Of a DNA stretch of 64,000 nucleotides, positions 12,860 through 25,720 are shown piece by piece. The position numbers and the translations under genes were made by a program. The stretch lies in contig NW_027590121.1 in assembly GCF_964213995.1 (NCBI RefSeq), positions 558,001 to 622,000 on the forward strand. Direction: 5' to 3'. The stretch is from Mustelus asterias (taxonomy: Eukaryota). The stretch's first letter is position 1. The number at the start of each line of letters is the position of its first letter. Under the pieces are notes generated by a model. It saw only the letters and a program-made list of their open reading frames with translations. It was not told the origin of the DNA and searched no databases.

Positions 12860-13430
12860 TTCCAGGAAGTCTTGCTACAGCTGTACAAGGGATTGTTAAG
12901 ACCACACCTTGCGTATTCTGTACAGTTTTGGGCTTCTTCCTTCAGAATGATATACAAGCATTGGAAGCAGTTCATAGAAAGTTCACGAGGCTGATTCCTG
13001 GGATGAAGGGTTGTCTTATGAGGAAATGCAGAGCATGTTGAACCTTAACTCAGTGGAGTTTAAAAGAAAAAGTAGTGACATTATTGAAACAAATAGGATT
13101 TTGAGGGGGTTTGGTAGGAGCTGCGAGGTGGATGTTTTCTCTCATGAGGAAATCGAGAACAGTTTGAATAGATGGAGATGAGGAGGAGTTTCTTCTCTCA
13201 GAGGGTTGTTAATCTTTGGAATTCTGTTCCACAGAGAGCAGCGAAGGCTGGGTCATTGAATGTATTCAAGGCTGAGTTGGACAGATTTTTGACCAACAGG
13301 GAAGTCAAGAGGAATGGGTAACTGGCAGGAAAGTGCAGTTAAAGCCAGATCAGGTCAGCCATGGTCTCACTGAATTGCAGAGCAAGCTTGATGGAGTAAA
13401 TGGCCTCCTTTTTACTCCCATTTCTTATGA
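12860..13430 (+). mobile_element. CR1 LINE 3' fragment
   Basis: LYKGLLRPHLAYSVQFW plus CR1 3' UTR. Confidence 0.75.
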
Positions 13431-13972
13431 TCTCTGACTCCAGGACAGCAAACAATGAGCATGGATCTGGGAGCGTGTATATTAGGTACAGCAAAGTGAG
13501 AATGGAGGGAGTGTGTGTGGAATGGAGATTTACAGATTTTGGGGAATGAGAGAGGAAAGAATGTTCCATGGAAACTCGAATTGTCTGTTCTGAATGTCTA
13601 TCCTTTACTGATACTAATGATCTTTGTAAACTCCTTCTCCAGAATATTAGAAGGCGAGGATTTGCCTCAACTCAAGATCTGACAGAATCTGCAATTCACT
13701 TGACCTGAATATCATCGGACATTGAATCTAAAAGCAGAAATATTGGTTGTTCTGTCTGCTTCAAACTTCAATGTGATTGGAAAAGCACCGAGATGTACAC
13801 ACACCCAAGTGAGAGTGTTCCGGTGCACTGACTGGAGAAAGCTTTAACTCGCTATACAGCTCCACAAACACATTAGACCGTTCACAGCGTGCAGAGACTG
13901 TACAGGTGTTCTGTGTGTGGACGAGGCTTCAACTGACCATCCAACCTGGAGAGACACAAGGACACCAGCGCC

Positions 13973-14941
13973 ATGGAAAAACCATGGAAATGTGGGGACT
14001 GTGGGAAGAGATTCCAATCCCCGTCTGCACTCGAGAAACATCGACGCAGTCACACTGGGGAGCGGCCATTCACCTGCTCCAAATGTGGGAAGGGATTCAC
14101 TCACTCATCGGCCCTCCTGACACATCAGCGAGTTCACACTGGGGAAAAGCCGTTCATCTGCTTTGTGTGTGGAAAGCGATTCTGTGATTCATCAGTCTTA
14201 TTGGCACACCAGCATGTTCACACTGGGGAGAGGCCATTCACCTGCTCTGAGTGTGGGAAGGGATTCAGTCAATCAGCCAACCTGCAGACACACCAGCGAG
14301 TTCACACTGGGGAGAGGCCATTCACCTGCTCTGAGTGTGGGAAGGGATTCACTCGGTTGTCCAACCTGCAAACACACCAGCGAATTCACTCTGGGGAGAG
14401 ACCGTTCACCTGCTCTGACTGTGGGAAAGGATTCAGTGATTCATCCAACCTGCTTACGCACCAGCGAATTCACACGGGGGAGAGGCCGTTCACCTGTTCT
14501 GACTGTGGGAAAGGATTCACTAATTCCTATAACCTGCTGAGACACCAGCGGATTCATACTGGCGAGAGGCCATTAACCTGCCCTGCTTGTGGGAAGGGAT
14601 TCATTAATTCCTACAACTTGCTGATACACCAGCGAGTTCACACTGGGGAGAGGCCATTCCCCTGCTCTGTGTGTGGGAAGGGATTCACTCAGTCATCCAA
14701 CTTGCTGACACACCAACGAGTTCACTCTGGAGAAAGGCCGTTCACATGCACTGAGTGTGGGAAGGGATTCATTCAGTTATCCCAGCTAATAACACACCAG
14801 CGAGTTCACACCGGGGAGAGACCATTCACCTGCTCTGTGTGTGGGAAGCGATTCACACATTCATCCACCCTGCTAACACACCAGCGAGTTCATAAGTTGG
14901 ATTCTGTTGTTATTACTACTGTTAATCACACCCAGGACTGA
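13973..14941 (+). CDS. C2H2 zinc-finger protein, 11 fingers (ZNF-4)
   Basis: Intact 322-aa ORF, GCCATGG start, acceptor CTCCAG|AATATTAG at 13642, conserved family 3' UTR. Confidence 0.9.
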   Translation: MEKPWKCGDCGKRFQSPSALEKHRRSHTGERPFTCSKCGKGFTHSSALLTHQRVHTGEKPFICFVCGKRFCDSSVLLAHQHVHTGERPFTCSECGKGFSQSANLQTHQRVHTGERPFTCSECGKGFTRLSNLQTHQRIHSGERPFTCSDCGKGFSDSSNLLTHQRIHTGERPFTCSDCGKGFTNSYNLLRHQRIHTGERPLTCPACGKGFINSYNLLIHQRVHTGERPFPCSVCGKGFTQSSNLLTHQRVHSGERPFTCTECGKGFIQLSQLITHQRVHTGERPFTCSVCGKRFTHSSTLLTHQRVHKLDSVVITTVNHTQD

Positions 14942-16984
14942 ACCATGTTCATTCTGACAGTTGGTGAAGTGGGAGAGTCGGGGGGTTTCTTTCTGCTGGA
15001 CTGGCCGGTCTCACGACTTTGCTTCCAATGGGCTGATGGTCTTTGAGCCTGGGAGAGCACATTTCCACTGAAATGATTCACAAAAGCTGACAAATTCATT
15101 TAATCCTGGATAGTAAATAGTGTTTCTCCTACCACTACAGCTAGATCCAAAATAATACTTTTGTCTCAGTTCCATTGAGTGTCTCTCCAGTGCCTCCATG
15201 TCCTAAATGGAGATCACTAATTTGGCAGAGCTCCCAGTGTTGTGTAACCCTGGTTTTAAACAAGCTGAACATAATCTTCCCGCTTTTTAATTCTATCCCT
15301 CTGGAATGGAGCCCTATGTATGGGCCCCACACTTTAGGAAAGATGTGAAGTTCTTAGAGAGGGTGCAGAGGGGATTTACGGGAAGGAAACCAGGAAAGAG
15401 GGACTTCAGTTAGTTGGAGCGGCTGGAGTAGCTGAAATTATTCTCTTTAGATCACACAGTAATAGGGACAGGCCATTTGGCCCATTGAGTCCAGACCAAC
15501 TCTGTAGAAAAAACATTCAGTCCCATTGCCCTGTTCTCGTGCCATAATCTGCAGATTTATTCCCCTCAAGCATCCATCCAATTTCCTTTTGATATCGTTC
15601 AGTCTCTGCTTCCACCCCCTCATATTCAGCGAGTTTCAGTTCATTATCAGGGTCTGTGATAAAATGTTCTTCCTTACATCCCCTCTGCATCTCTTCGCCA
15701 AACCTTAAATCTGTGCCACCTCATCCTTGAACAACCAGCCAATGGCAACAGCTTTTCTTTCTCTGTCTGATCTAAACCTGTCATAAATTTCTACACCTCT
15801 ATCGAATCTATCAAACCAAGAGAAATGTTTGTCTCTTCCAAATTTCACACCTGGACATGACTGTGATGGATTTTGTAAATTTATTTTGTAGTGTATTGGA
15901 AAAGAAGTTGCAGGCAGTAACTCAAACTAGATCTCACATCAAAATCTGACTGAGTCACTGTTCAACAGGACCTGGATATTGAGTTCCAGGTCATTACCAC
16001 TCACTGTGTAAATGTTTTTTCCTCCAACCTCCTCTGTAGATCTTGCTCAAAATCTTAAAACTGTGTCCGAAGATCCTTTGTAAATCAGCTGATCAGAACA
16101 GCTTTTCTTTATCTATCTTCTAAAATCTGTTATAAATGTGTACACCTTCATCAAATCTCCCCTCAATCTACTTTGCTCCAAGGAGAACAACCCCAGTTTC
16201 TCCAGCCTATCATTGTTGTTAAAACCCCTCATCCCTGGTATTATTCTGGTAAATCTCCTCTGCACCTTCTCAAGGGCCCTCACTTCCTAAAGTGTGGTGA
16301 TCAGAAATGGACTCATGAGTTGGGGTCTAACTGGTCCCAGAGGAAACCAATGCAGGCAGGAGCATAACATACAAACTCCACACAGTCACCAAAGGCCAGA
16401 ATTGAACTGGCAGTGTGAGTCAGCAGTGCTAACCACTGTGCCAAAAGCAGGAGGTCATTGTATCCATCGTGCTTATGCCAGCTATCCGATTAATCCCATC
16501 GCTCTGCAATTTTCTCAGCGTTTACCCATTTAAAGCCCCCTCCCTTTATCTGCAGTCACAAAGTTTAATAATAAAACCCCAGTCTAAATAACATGTATCT
16601 GACTGACAAATGTTGAAGTGTTTGTTTGGAGCCACAAGTTTCAAGTTTGCACCTGAGCTTCAGGAACCTTTCTGCCTGTCTTGCTTCTTGTGTCAATGAC
16701 ACACTGCTCTGCCCCAGATGCCATGGCACCAGTCAATGCAATATGTAAAACCTCGACTAATCTCTGTGCTCGGGGAATCCCCTCTTATACTTTTTCACAT
16801 CACAAAGACTATGGAGATTGATTTAACTCAGTCATTGCCGAGCTAACATTTGAACAGACCAATTATAAAATATGTCTTTGAACCATCTGTATCCATTCAA
16901 GCCACGTCAAACTCTCAAACAATTGCCATCCCACACTCCATCCCCGGTAAAGGGAGTCAGCATTGCCATGCCAAGCAGTGAAAA

Positions 16985-17720
16985 CAAGGTTATCTTGACA
17001 CCCAGGTGTCGTTTAGAATTCAGAAAAAGTGTTCCATATGCCTTTTTCACCACCCTACTAACATGTCCTTGCGTCTCTAGAGATCTATGGACAAACACGT
17101 CAAGATCCCTTTGTTCCACAGAACTTCCGAGTGTTCCATCATTCATTGAGTACTTTCTTGTCAAATTACTTCCAAAGTGTATCACCTCACACTTTTCAGA
17201 GTTAAATTTCATCTGCCACTTATCTGTCCATTTGACCATTCTGTCTCGTATCTTCTCGTAGACCAACACATTCTGCCTCACTGTTAACCACCCGTTGGTT
17301 CTTTGTGTCATCCGCAAACTTACTAATCCTACCCCCCACTTGGTTATCAATGTCATTTGTAATAATGACGAATAATAGGGGGCCCAACACAGCTCCCTGT
17401 GGTACACCACTGGATACTAGCTTCCAATCATTAAAGTAGCTTCACTCTCTGCCTCCTACAACTGAGTCAATTTTGAATCCACTTTATCAAATTACCCTGT
17501 ATCCCATGTGAATTTATCTTCTTTACACATCTCCCATGTGAGACCTTGTCAAAAGCTTTGGTGAAATCCACATAAACTACATTGACTGCACTACCCTCAT
17601 CCACACACCTAGTCACCTCCTTAAAAAATTCAATCAAATTTGTTTGGCATGACCTCCCTCTGACAAAGCCATGCTGACTATCCCTGATCAAGCTTTGCCT
17701 CTCCAAGTGAAGATAGATGC
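16985..17720 (-). mobile_element. CR1 LINE RT fragment
   Basis: SQHGFVRGRSC, DFTKAFDKV, WQMKFNSEKCEVIHFG; frameshifted. Confidence 0.9.
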
Positions 17721-18499
17721 TCTCCTTCAGAAGTTTCTCTTGAGGAGAAGGAGATCTCTCTCTCTCTCTGACCCCTCACTCAATTTCACTCTGTTGTTTT
17801 GCAGTTCTGTTCTGGGCCTGAATGGTGTAACATCTACTCAATCTTTCCTTCTCCTGAAGGAGCACCGTGAGTTCTAGGTTCCTAGTACATGAGGACAGAT
17901 GCTTCAAGCAACAGATCAAGCATGGATGTAAAAGATTCTCCAGCTCTCTCTTTACCTCTATCCAACTTGTGGACAGTTCTTATTCAGCATTGTTTCTCTC
18001 AAGACCTTAATTGTCCCAATCCATTATTTTATCCATTTTGCTTTAATTTCACTCACTTTCTGTCCCTGTGTATTGTGTTTAATTGGACCCTGATTGTTTT
18101 GAACTCAGTTTCTCTCTGGAGTGTGTGTCAATGCCTTGATGATGTCACAATGTTGTCTCAATCCCCTGGCCACATTAACCATTTCATCTCCTGCTGTGTC
18201 TCAAGTAGCTGTGTGTGTTTGGGACCCGCTCTTCACTCCATCTCACCATGAATTTAGGCTTGCTATTTTTCACATGTAACAAATCACATCTGCACACTCA
18301 CTCCGGTGTCCCAAAATCATGTCACACATTCTTAACTCTCAGATGTGTTGATGTAAAGATCAAAGTGAGTGTCTGTCTTACCTTGCCCTGTTATGGTTCT
18401 GATATTTCAGATATTTCAGCAGGGATTACAAATGTGGCTTTCCTTAAAACAAAGTTCATGGACAAGGATATTAAAAATTCCAAGAAAAAGTGATCCACC

Positions 18500-19380
18500 T
18501 CTTCATCCCATCTCACGTTTTAGGAGTGTTGATGGAAAGGAGGTCATTGATATTGTTAAATATCATAAGAATAAAAAATCTACAAATTCAAACAATACTG
18601 AGATGTCAATCATTAAGCAGGTTATTGATTGTGGAGTAAAATCATTGACTTATATTTGCAACCGGTCTTTTCAAACTGGACTATTTCCCTGTAAAATGAA
18701 AATAGACAAAGTTATTCCCTGGTTTAAAACTGATGACAAATGTGATTTTACTAATTCCAGGAGCGTGTCTTCACTTTCCTTGTTTTTCAGAGAAAAGAGA
18801 AGTCATTTGCTAAATGATCTGATAATTCCATTGCTCAATGTAACTCACTGTGTAATAGTCAGATCAAGTCAGTCGATCTCATTATCACTGATGGAATTTG
18901 TGGAGGAAATGATGAATCCTGTGGATAAAAAGACATTTACAATAGAGGTTTTTACTGATCTTACACAGCATTTAATACAATTGACCATGGAATATTACTT
19001 GAAACACTGGAAACATATGCGATTCAGGGAGTGGTGAATAATTGTCTCAGAAGTTATTTGGAAAATCTCAACAATTTGTAACAATAGATGATTGTGAATC
19101 AGATTGTGTGAATATTGTGTGTGGAGTCTCACAGGGATCTGTTTTGGGCCCTAAATTGTTTATTTTATATATTAAGGACATTTGAAATATATCAACATTA
19201 TTACAATTTGTTTTATTTGCAGATGATGCCAATATTTTTGCTGTGGGTGGGACCTTCAAGAGCTTATTGAAATTGTTAGTGCTGGTTTGTCAAAAATAAG
19301 TTGTCACTGACTCTGAGTAGAATGAAGTTTCTATTATTTGGTAAAGTAAATCCTCAGACTAATAAAATAAACAATGTCAA
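18500..19380 (+). mobile_element. Degenerate Crack/L2-group LINE RT fragment
   Basis: TGLFPCKMKIDKVIPWFK..FTNSRSVS, GVSQGSVLGPKLFILYI, LFADD; AT-rich and distinct from the CR1 copies. Confidence 0.7.
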
Positions 19381-19411
19381 TATTTACAAAAATAGAAGAG
19401 GGGTCAGACCC

Positions 19412-19470
19412 CTCTGATGAAGGGTCATCTAGACATGAAATATTGGCTCTATTCTCTCCCCACAGACAAT
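19412..19470 (+). mobile_element. Penelope terminal fragment with hammerhead-like core
   Basis: CTGATGA-AGGGTCATCTAGACAT-GAAA. Confidence 0.6.
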
Positions 19471-19477
19471 GTCAACA

Positions 19478-19695
19478 TTTATTTATTCATGGGATGTGGG
19501 TGTCGCTGGCTGGTACAGCATTTATTGCCCATTCCTAATTGTCCTTGAACTGAGAGGGCAATTAAAGGCAACCACATTGCTATGGATCTGGAGTTACGTG
19601 TTGGCCAGACCAGATTAGGGAAGCAAATCTGCCGACCTTAAGGACATCAGTAAACCAGATGTGATTTTACGACAATCATTTCTAATCATCATTAG
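19478..19695 (-). mobile_element. Deu-domain SINE 3' part
   Basis: Reverse complement of GGGCAATAAATGCTG..CCCACATCCCATGAATAA tail. Confidence 0.65.
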
Positions 19696-20007
19696 TGTCA
19701 TGTTCAAAATAAATAAATAAGTTCAGTGTAACTTAGGTAAGGGGCCCATTAACCACTCCCACACAAGATCTCATACCTTTACTATTTCTTATCTCGACCC
19801 AAACTGATTCTATATCCTGATCTTTCAGGCTAAGGTTGTCGCTCTGTACTGGACTAATGTCATCGTTAATTAATGTGAGAGATCCTGTCATCTTTTCCTA
19901 GCTTCCTGCCATTCCGTAATGTCAAATACCCTTTCATATTTAGATCCCAGACTTGGTCACCTTTCAAGCCTCTGTAATGTCAATCAGGACACACATATTT
20001 AACTTTA

Positions 20008-21375
20008 GTGAGCCTCACATCTGTGGTGGGTACGTTGTTGAAAGGTATTTTGAGAGGCAGGAACTACAGGCATTTAGAGACACAAGGTCCAATTAGGAAC
20101 AGTCAGCATGGCTTTGTGAGTGGAAAATCATGTCTCTCAAAGTTTTTTGAAGGGGTAACCAAGAAGGTAGATGAGGGCAGTGCAGTTGATATTGTCTACA
20201 TGGACTTCAGCAAGGCCTTTGATAAGGTACCACATGGTAGGTTGTTGCATAAGGTTAAATCTCACGGGATCCAGGGTGAGGTATCTAAATGGATACAAAA
20301 TTGGCTTCTTGACAAAAGCCAGAGGGTGGTTGTAGAGAGTTGTTTTTCAAACTGGAGGACTGTGACCAGCGGTGTGCCTCAGGGATCAGTGCTGGGTCCA
20401 CTGTTATTTGTCATTTATATTAATGATTTGGATGAGAATATAGGAGGTATGGTTTGTAAGTTTGCAGATGACACCACGATTGGTGGCATAGTGGACAGCG
20501 AAGAAAGTTATCTCCGATTGCAATGGGATCTTGATCAACTGGGCCAGTGGGCTGACGAATGGCAGATGGAGTTTAATTTAGGTAAATGCGAGGTAATGCA
20601 TTTTGGTAGATTGAACCAGGGTAGGACCCACTCAGTTAACGGCAGGGCGTTGGGGAGAGTTACAGAACAAAGAGATCTTGGGGTACAGGTTCATAGCTCC
20701 TTGAAAGTGGAGTCACAGGTGGACAGAGTGGTGAAGAAGGCATTCAGCATGCTTGGTTTCATTGGTCAGAATATTGAATACAGGAGTTGGGACGTCTTGT
20801 TGAAGTTGTACAAAACATTGGTGAGGCCACATTTGGAATACTGTGTACAGTTCTGGTCACCCTATTATAGGAAGGATATTATTAAACTAGAAAGAGTGAA
20901 GAAAAGATTTACTAGGATGCTACCAGGACTTGGTGGTTTGAGATATAAGGAGAGACTGGATAGACTGGGACTTTTTTATCTGGAGCATAGGAGGCTGAGG
21001 GGTGATCTTATAGAGGTCTATAAAATAATGAGAGGCACAGATCAGCTCGATAGTCAATATCTTTTCCCAAAGGTAGGGGAGTCTAAAACTAGAGGGCATA
21101 GGTTTAAGTTGAGAGGGGAGAGATACAAAAGTGTCCAGAGTGGCAATTTTTTCACACAGGGTGGTGAGTGGAACAAGCTGCCAGAGGTAGTAGTAGAGGC
21201 GGGTACAATTTTGTCTTTTAAAAAGCATTTAGACAGTTACATGGGTACGATGGGTATAGAGGGATATGGGTCAAATGCGGGCAATTGGGATCAGCTTTGG
21301 GGTTTTAAAAAAAAGAGTACGGACAAGTTGGGCCAAAGGGCCTGTTTCCATGCTATAAACCTCTATGACCTCTAT
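20008..21375 (+). mobile_element. CR1 (HER1-like) LINE, 5'-truncated, 458-aa open RT ORF
   Basis: RT motifs including FADD; tail CTCTATGA; sister copy at 34475. Confidence 0.95.
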
Positions 21376-22049
21376 CCACGCTGACAATTCATTCCTTTTG
21401 TTACAAATGCTGCGTGCATTTTCAGAGATTCAATAATCTTAATGGGATTTAATGAGAAACCTCTTTACCAGCGAGTGGTGAGAATGTGGAACTCACTACC
21501 ACAGCAAGTGGTTGAGGTGAACAGCATGAATACATTGAAGGGGAAGCTGGATACATACATGAGGGGGAAAGGAATAGAAGGATATGCTGATGGGGTGAGA
21601 TGAAGAGGGGTGGGTGGAGGCTCATGTGGAGCATAAATACTGACACAGACCAATTGTGCCGACTGATCTGGCCCTGTGCTGTGGACTCAATGGAACAGAG
21701 ACCAATGTATTTATTTAAGATCTAGCTTTAGTGGTAGGAAAAACAATATTTATGATCCAGGATTAAATAAACATCCTTCATCAGTTTGTGTGGATCATTT
21801 CAGTGGAAATGTGCTCTCCCAGGCTCAAAGAGCATCAACCCACTGGAAACAAAGTCGTGAGACTGGCCAGTCCAGCAGAAAGAAACCCTCCGACCCTCCC
21901 ACTTCACCAACTATCAGAATGAACATGGTTCAGTCCTGGGTGTGATTAACAGCAGAATCCAATGCTTGTAATCGCTTGTGAACTCGCTGGTGTCTCAGCA
22001 GGTGGGATGATCGTGTGAATCCCTTTCCACATTCAATGCAGCTAAACGG

Positions 22050-22898
22050 TCACTCCCCAGTGTGAAGTCGCTGGTGTGTCAGCAGGTTAGACAATCGACT
22101 GAATCCCTTCTGACACACAAAGCAGTTAAATGGCCTCTCCCCAGTGTGAACTCGCTGGTGTGAAATCAGGTTGGATGAATCACTGAATCCCTTGCCACAT
22201 ACTGAGCAGGTGAATGGCCTCTCCCCGGTGTGGACTCGCTGGTGTGTCTGCAGGCTGGATGCCTGACTAAATCCCTTCCCACACAGAAAGCAGGTGAATG
22301 ACCTCTCCCCAGTGTGAGTTCGCTGGTGTGAAAACAGGTTGGATGAATCACTGAATCCTTTACCACACTCAAAGCAGGTGAAGGAAGCCTCCCCAGTATG
22401 AAGTTGCTGGTGTCTCAGCAAGTTGGCGGAGTTAGTGAATCCCTTCCCACACACAGAGCAGGGAAACGGCCTCTCTCCGGTGTGAACTCGCTGGTGTGAA
22501 TACAGGTTGGATGACTGAGCAAACCCTTTACCACACATGGAGCAGATAAACGGCCTCTCCCCAGTGTGAACTCTCTGGTGTGTCTGCAGTGTGGATGAAA
22601 CGCTGAATCCCTTCTCACACACGGGGCAAGTGAATGGCCTCTCTCCATTGTGAACTTGCTGGTGTATCAGCAAGTGCGATAACTGAGTGAATCCCTTCCC
22701 ACAATCAGAGCAGGTGAATGGCTTCTCCCCAGTGTGAACTCGCTGGTGTGTTAGCAAGATCGATAACCGAGAGAACGCTTTCCCACAATTGGAGCAGGTG
22801 AACGGCCTCTCCCCGGTGTGACTGCGTCGATGAATTTCCAGCACCGATGGGGAACGGAATGACTTTTCACAGTCCCCACATTTCCATGACTTTTCCAT
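22050..22898 (-). CDS. C2H2 zinc-finger protein, 10 fingers (ZNF-5)
   Basis: MEKSWKC start; 282 aa; an 11th finger lies after the TGA (about 21975-22049). Confidence 0.85.
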   Translation of the reverse strand: MEKSWKCGDCEKSFRSPSVLEIHRRSHTGERPFTCSNCGKAFSRLSILLTHQRVHTGEKPFTCSDCGKGFTQLSHLLIHQQVHNGERPFTCPVCEKGFSVSSTLQTHQRVHTGERPFICSMCGKGFAQSSNLYSHQRVHTGERPFPCSVCGKGFTNSANLLRHQQLHTGEASFTCFECGKGFSDSSNLFSHQRTHTGERSFTCFLCGKGFSQASSLQTHQRVHTGERPFTCSVCGKGFSDSSNLISHQRVHTGERPFNCFVCQKGFSRLSNLLTHQRLHTGE

Positions 22899-22944
22899 GA
22901 TCTGAGTGTCTTTTTGTCTCTCCTGCAGCTTTCACAATACGTGC

Positions 22945-23028
22945 ACTGGGACACTGTCACTCGGGACTGGAACACTGTCACTTGGGACTGGGACACTGTC
23001 ACTCGGGACTGGGACACTGTCACTCGGG
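22945..23028. repeat. 21-bp tandem repeat x4
   Basis: ACTGGGACACTGTCACTCGGG unit, derived from the decayed upstream finger sequence. Confidence 0.9.
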
Positions 23029-23479
23029 TTGCACGGGCCTCGATGCTTTTCTGTTCACACCAATGGTTCACCGAATTCAAGCAGATAAACGTTTCTTCCT
23101 CCAGATTCAAAACCGATGACATCTAGCTCCCATGAATTGAGTGACTGTTAGATCTTGACATTTCTATCAGCAAATCCTCTCCTTCTAATATCCTGTAAAA
23201 CAAATTTACAAAAGTCATCACTGTCAGAACGAGATAGAAATTCAGATCAGACAATTCTAATTCATGTGGAACACTGCAAAGAATGCCAATGTCTTTAAGA
23301 GAGAGAGAAACCTGGGCCAACCTTTCCAGAGTCTGCAACCTCCCTGGATTCACTTCCTTTCCCTTCAGTTGCTGCAAGTCCCCAATTTCCCCCAGAATGA
23401 GAAAATAAATGGAAAGGGGGAAACATTGATTTCCTCCCAGATGTTGTCCAGAGGAAGTTTTGAGTCTGAATCTGAACCA

Positions 23480-23880
23480 ATCGAGTTTCCGCATTGTGAC
23501 GTCCACAATGGAGCCTGCCTGAATGACCCAATAAGAATCAGTCTCTTCCGCAATTACGTCATGGGGTTCCAGTGCGCAGGAGCTCCGCCCCCCCCCCCTC
23601 CCTCCCCCTGCCCCTCCCCTTGCACATCCTCGAGCCAAGGTTTGCAGACAGCCGGCTGGCGGGAGCGAGAAGCCGCTTGGAGATTTCCCCCGGCCCGGGA
23701 CTGCGCATGTCCGGGGAAAGGGGACACTGCGCATGAGCGGGGTAGCCCGCATCCTGACCTGCATACTGAGGTGTTGACCAATGGGAAGACCTGGAGGACC
23801 GGAAGGACACTGGTCCTCCAGCCAATCAGGTCTTTGTGACGCTCAGATTGAGCTGCACACAGACTGAAACTTCCTCCTGT
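23480..23880. promoter_or_regulatory. Bidirectional CpG-rich promoter between ZNF-5 and ZNF-6
   Basis: CCAAT boxes (about 23528, 23778, 23822), TGCGCATG motifs, C-rich tract; flanked on both sides by inverted copies of the exon1/intron module. Confidence 0.7.
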
Positions 23881-24053
23881 CTGAAGTGAGTTATTTTAGA
23901 TGACATGAATCACACTTCTGAGGATTATGCTTCATATCCCAGATGAAGCGAGGTACCTAAGTATGTTTTATTCTCCAAACAAGCGGTCAGATGACATCGA
24001 ACTCTGGCGGATAACTTATTTATCACTTATTTCCTTAAAAGAGGCCAACATCT

Positions 24054-24173
24054 CGCTTTTTCCTTTGTACTTTGATTTCTGTTCTGGCTGCTCCCCCTCC
24101 TTTTGGGGAGCTGCCCCTTTTACTTTGTCCCGATTTAATTTGAGTTTGTTTATTTGGTTTGACCTTAAAAGAG
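24054..24173 (+). mobile_element. Tx1-like LINE 3' terminus with TSD
   Basis: Matches 43431-43551; flanked by GCCAACATCT at 24044-24053 and 24174-24183. Confidence 0.85.
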
Positions 24174-24756
24174 GCCAACATCTGTGAGTAACACACTTTC
24201 TCCGCCCCCCCCCCCCCCCCCCCCCCCGCCCACCCCTTTCCATTTCTTTTCTCATTCTGGGGGAAATTGGGGACTTGCAGCAACTGAAGGGAAAGGAAGT
24301 GAATCCAGGGAGGCTGCAGACTCTGGAAAGGTTGGCCCAGGTCTCTCTCTTAAAGACATTGACATCCTTTGCTTCCTCGGCTTGACACATTTATTTATCT
24401 GGCTAAAAGGATGGTCTCTTTCCTGATGTTCACATTTAAAGGCTGGTTTCCACCGGAGATGGCTGACATTTAAGGGAACAATAAACTAATATAGGACAGA
24501 GATATGTCTAGTTTTGTTCTATTGTACAGATTAGATTTTATTTATGGTCCTGCAATAAAGTACATTTATTTGGAAAGAAAGCGAAGATGAGGTGGGATTT
24601 CTTCACTCAAGGATGTGGTGAAGTTTTGGAATTCTTTACCTCAGAGGACTGTAAAGCTCAGTCATCAAGAATTTTCAAGTGAGGGTTTGATAGGTTTATT
24701 CAAGATATCAAGGGATCCAGGGGATACTGTGGGGAAAATGGTGCTCAGGTACATCT

Positions 24757-25075
24757 GGGCGGCACGGTGGCTCAGTGGTTTTCATGGCTGTCTCACAGCG
24801 TCACGGACCTGGCTTCCATTCCTGGCTTGGGTCACTCTCTGTGTGGAGTTTGCATGATCTCTGCGTGGGTTTCCTCCAGTGCTCCGGTTTCCTCCCACAA
24901 TCCAAAGATGTGTGGATTGGATTGATTGGCCATGATAAATTGACCCTTCGTGTTAGGGGATTCGAAGGGTAAATATGGGGGGTTACGGGGATTGGATCTG
25001 GTTGGGATTGTTGTTGGTGCAGGCTCGATGGGCCTAATGCCTTCCTTCCGGACTGTAGATTCCATGATTCTATGA
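24757..25075 (+). mobile_element. HE1/V-SINE-like SINE inside a CR1 3' fragment
   Basis: GGGCGGCACGGTGG head, central domain, tail. Confidence 0.8.
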
Positions 25076-25720
25076 ATGGTTGAGCGGACTCGATGGGCCG
25101 AATTGCTGATTGCAGCTCGTTTTAGTTATGATTTGTGTGTGCTGGGCAGGAAGCAGTGAGCATGGATCTGTCAATCAGCCTCAATCAGTACCTTCAGGAG
25201 AATTGGGAGGGTGAATATTAGATACAGCAGAGTGAGAATGGAGGGAGAGTGTGTGGGATGGAGATTTACAGCTTTTGGGGAATGAGAGAGGAAAGAATGT
25301 TCCATAGAAACTAGAACTGTCTGTTCTGAATTTCTATCCTGCACTGACACTGATGGCTTTTATAAACTCCTTTTACAGGATATCAGAAGGTGAAGATTTA
25401 CAGACAGAAATCTCAAACCAAATAACTGACAGAGTCACTCAATTCATCTGGACCTGAATATCATCAGCCTTTGAATCTAGAAGGAGAAATGTTTCTCTGT
25501 TCTGTCTGCGAGAGAAGATTTTAAACATCAGCATCACTGGAAAAGCACCTAGACACAGACACAGTCAATTGAGAGTGTTCCAGTGCACTGAGGAAAAAGC
25601 TTTAACCAGATACACAGCCCGAAAATACATCGCAGCATTCAGTGGGGAGAGACTGTACTTGTGTTCTGTGTGAGTTTTAACTGATTGTTTAACCTGGAGA
25701 GTCACAAGGACACCCGCACC

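Noticed and set aside
23123-23839. ORFs of 190-213 aa across the GC-rich promoter (likewise 32471-33217 and 54598-55158)
   Set aside because: GC-rich, stop-poor DNA; no recognisable domain; frames not conserved among paralogous promoters
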